Below are positions 62,975-64,000 of a DNA stretch of 64,000 nt, one piece after another. This stretch comes from Eledone cirrhosa (Eukaryota): the NCBI GenBank assembly GCA_964016885.1, contig OZ024753.1, positions 35,650,001 through 35,714,000 of the forward strand, given 5' to 3'. The notes below the pieces were generated by a model that did not search any database, was not told the DNA's origin, and saw nothing but the letters and a program-made list of their open reading frames with translations. The position numbers and the translations under genes were made by a program. Numbering within the stretch: the first letter of the stretch is position 1; every line of letters starts with the position of its first letter.

Positions 62975-63316
62975 GTGGAGGCACATGGCTTAGTGGTTAG
63001 AGCATTGGCCTTGCAATCGAAAGGTTGTGAGTTCAATTCTCAGACCGGGTGATGTGTTGTTTCCTTGAGCAAGACACTTTATTTCACATTGCTCCAGTTT
63101 ACTCAGCTGTAGAAATGAGATGATAGGGACTGGGGTCCCTATCATTCCACTGCAAAGTGGTCGTGGGGGTGCCACGGCAAAAAAGCACCCAGCACTCACT
63201 GTAAATGAGGTTGGTGTTGGGAAGGGCATCCAGCTGTAGAAATCAAGCCAGAATCAGTTCCCATCCCACTCTTGCAGGCAGGGAAAAGCGGACGTAAAAT
63301 GAAATGATGATGATGA
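62975..63316 (+). mobile_element. tRNA-derived SINE, full length
   Basis: Box A and B, core, and tail CCCATCCCACTCTTGCAGGCAGGGAAAAGCGGACGTAAAATG. Confidence 0.9.
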
Positions 63317-63324
63317 AAAAATGA

Positions 63325-63718
63325 TGATGAATCATTGTTAATTCTAACATTGCTGACTGTTCTTCTGTACATGGCTTGTACTACCCTTACAAGCCAGTCA
63401 TCTACTCCTATTTTTCTAAGAGCCCACCAGATTATATAACAGGAGACTCTGACATATGCTTTCTCCAGGTTATCAAATTCCAAATAGAGGGGCTTACTTT
63501 TAGCTAGGTACTTCTCCAGCAGTTGTTTCACAAGGAAGAAAGCATCACTGATCCTTTTATCTGGCACAAATGTGAACCACATCTCATCTAGGTTAATTCT
63601 ATCCCTAATCAACTGTGCGATAAATCTTTCTGTTATTTTCATGATCTGATCTATCAACTTGATGCCTCTATAGCTTCCTCTGTCTTGTACACCCCCTTTA
63701 CCCTTGTAGCAGTCGGCA
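63325..63718 (-). mobile_element. RTE-X-like reverse transcriptase fragment
   Basis: CYKGKG..YRGIKLIDQIMKITER..DAFFLVKQLLEKYLAK..LEKAY..WWALRKIGVDDWLVRVVQAMY. Confidence 0.88.
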
Positions 63719-64000
63719 CCATTTTGTATTACTTTATGTATGTACATATCTATATATCTATCTATGATGTATGTATGTGTGTATGCATGTGTGTATGTAT
63801 GTATGTAGGTTTCTTGGTGAGGAGGGTGCCTTTGGACATCCTGCAGGACTAAAGACAAAACCTGTCAAAGGGCAAAGGAGCTCTTAAGAGTCAATGGCCA
63901 TCCAAAATCACCGGGAGAGATGACCCCTTAGCCTTTGTCAAGGCAGAATTCTAGGAGAAGGAAAACTCTGATATAATACCTGCAACCCTGAAGGTATCCA

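Noticed and set aside
62975-63050. tRNA gene-like sequence with A and B boxes (also at 25832, ~41950, ~60550)
   Set aside because: It is the head of a multi-copy SINE and runs directly into core and tail. I could not fold a full cloverleaf.

Overview
AT-rich, repeat-dense eukaryotic DNA. The repeat types and the long (TA)n/(CA)n tracts suggest an octopod cephalopod (inference). One complete protein-coding gene can be rebuilt by hand: a six-exon 1-Cys-class peroxiredoxin (Prdx6, 233 aa, minus strand, CDS 36229->11991, all introns GT-AG). Its intron 2 holds a ~10.3 kb alternating purine-pyrimidine microsatellite. The rest is mobile and repetitive DNA: RTE and RTE-X-like LINE relics, tRNA-headed SINEs sharing their 3' tail with a LINE, a degenerate Tc1/mariner, hAT-, piggyBac- and Tc1-type MITEs, a ~2.1 kb tandem array with insertion polymorphisms, minisatellites and several long palindromes. 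The most notable unannotated signal is five intact-looking minimal type I hammerhead ribozymes of two families (37410-, 37912+, 43881-, 54450-, 59719+), plus degenerate relatives. They sit in short non-coding modules flanked by (TA)n tracts, consistent with a Penelope/retrozyme-like non-autonomous system. All structures were read by eye; nothing was computed or searched.
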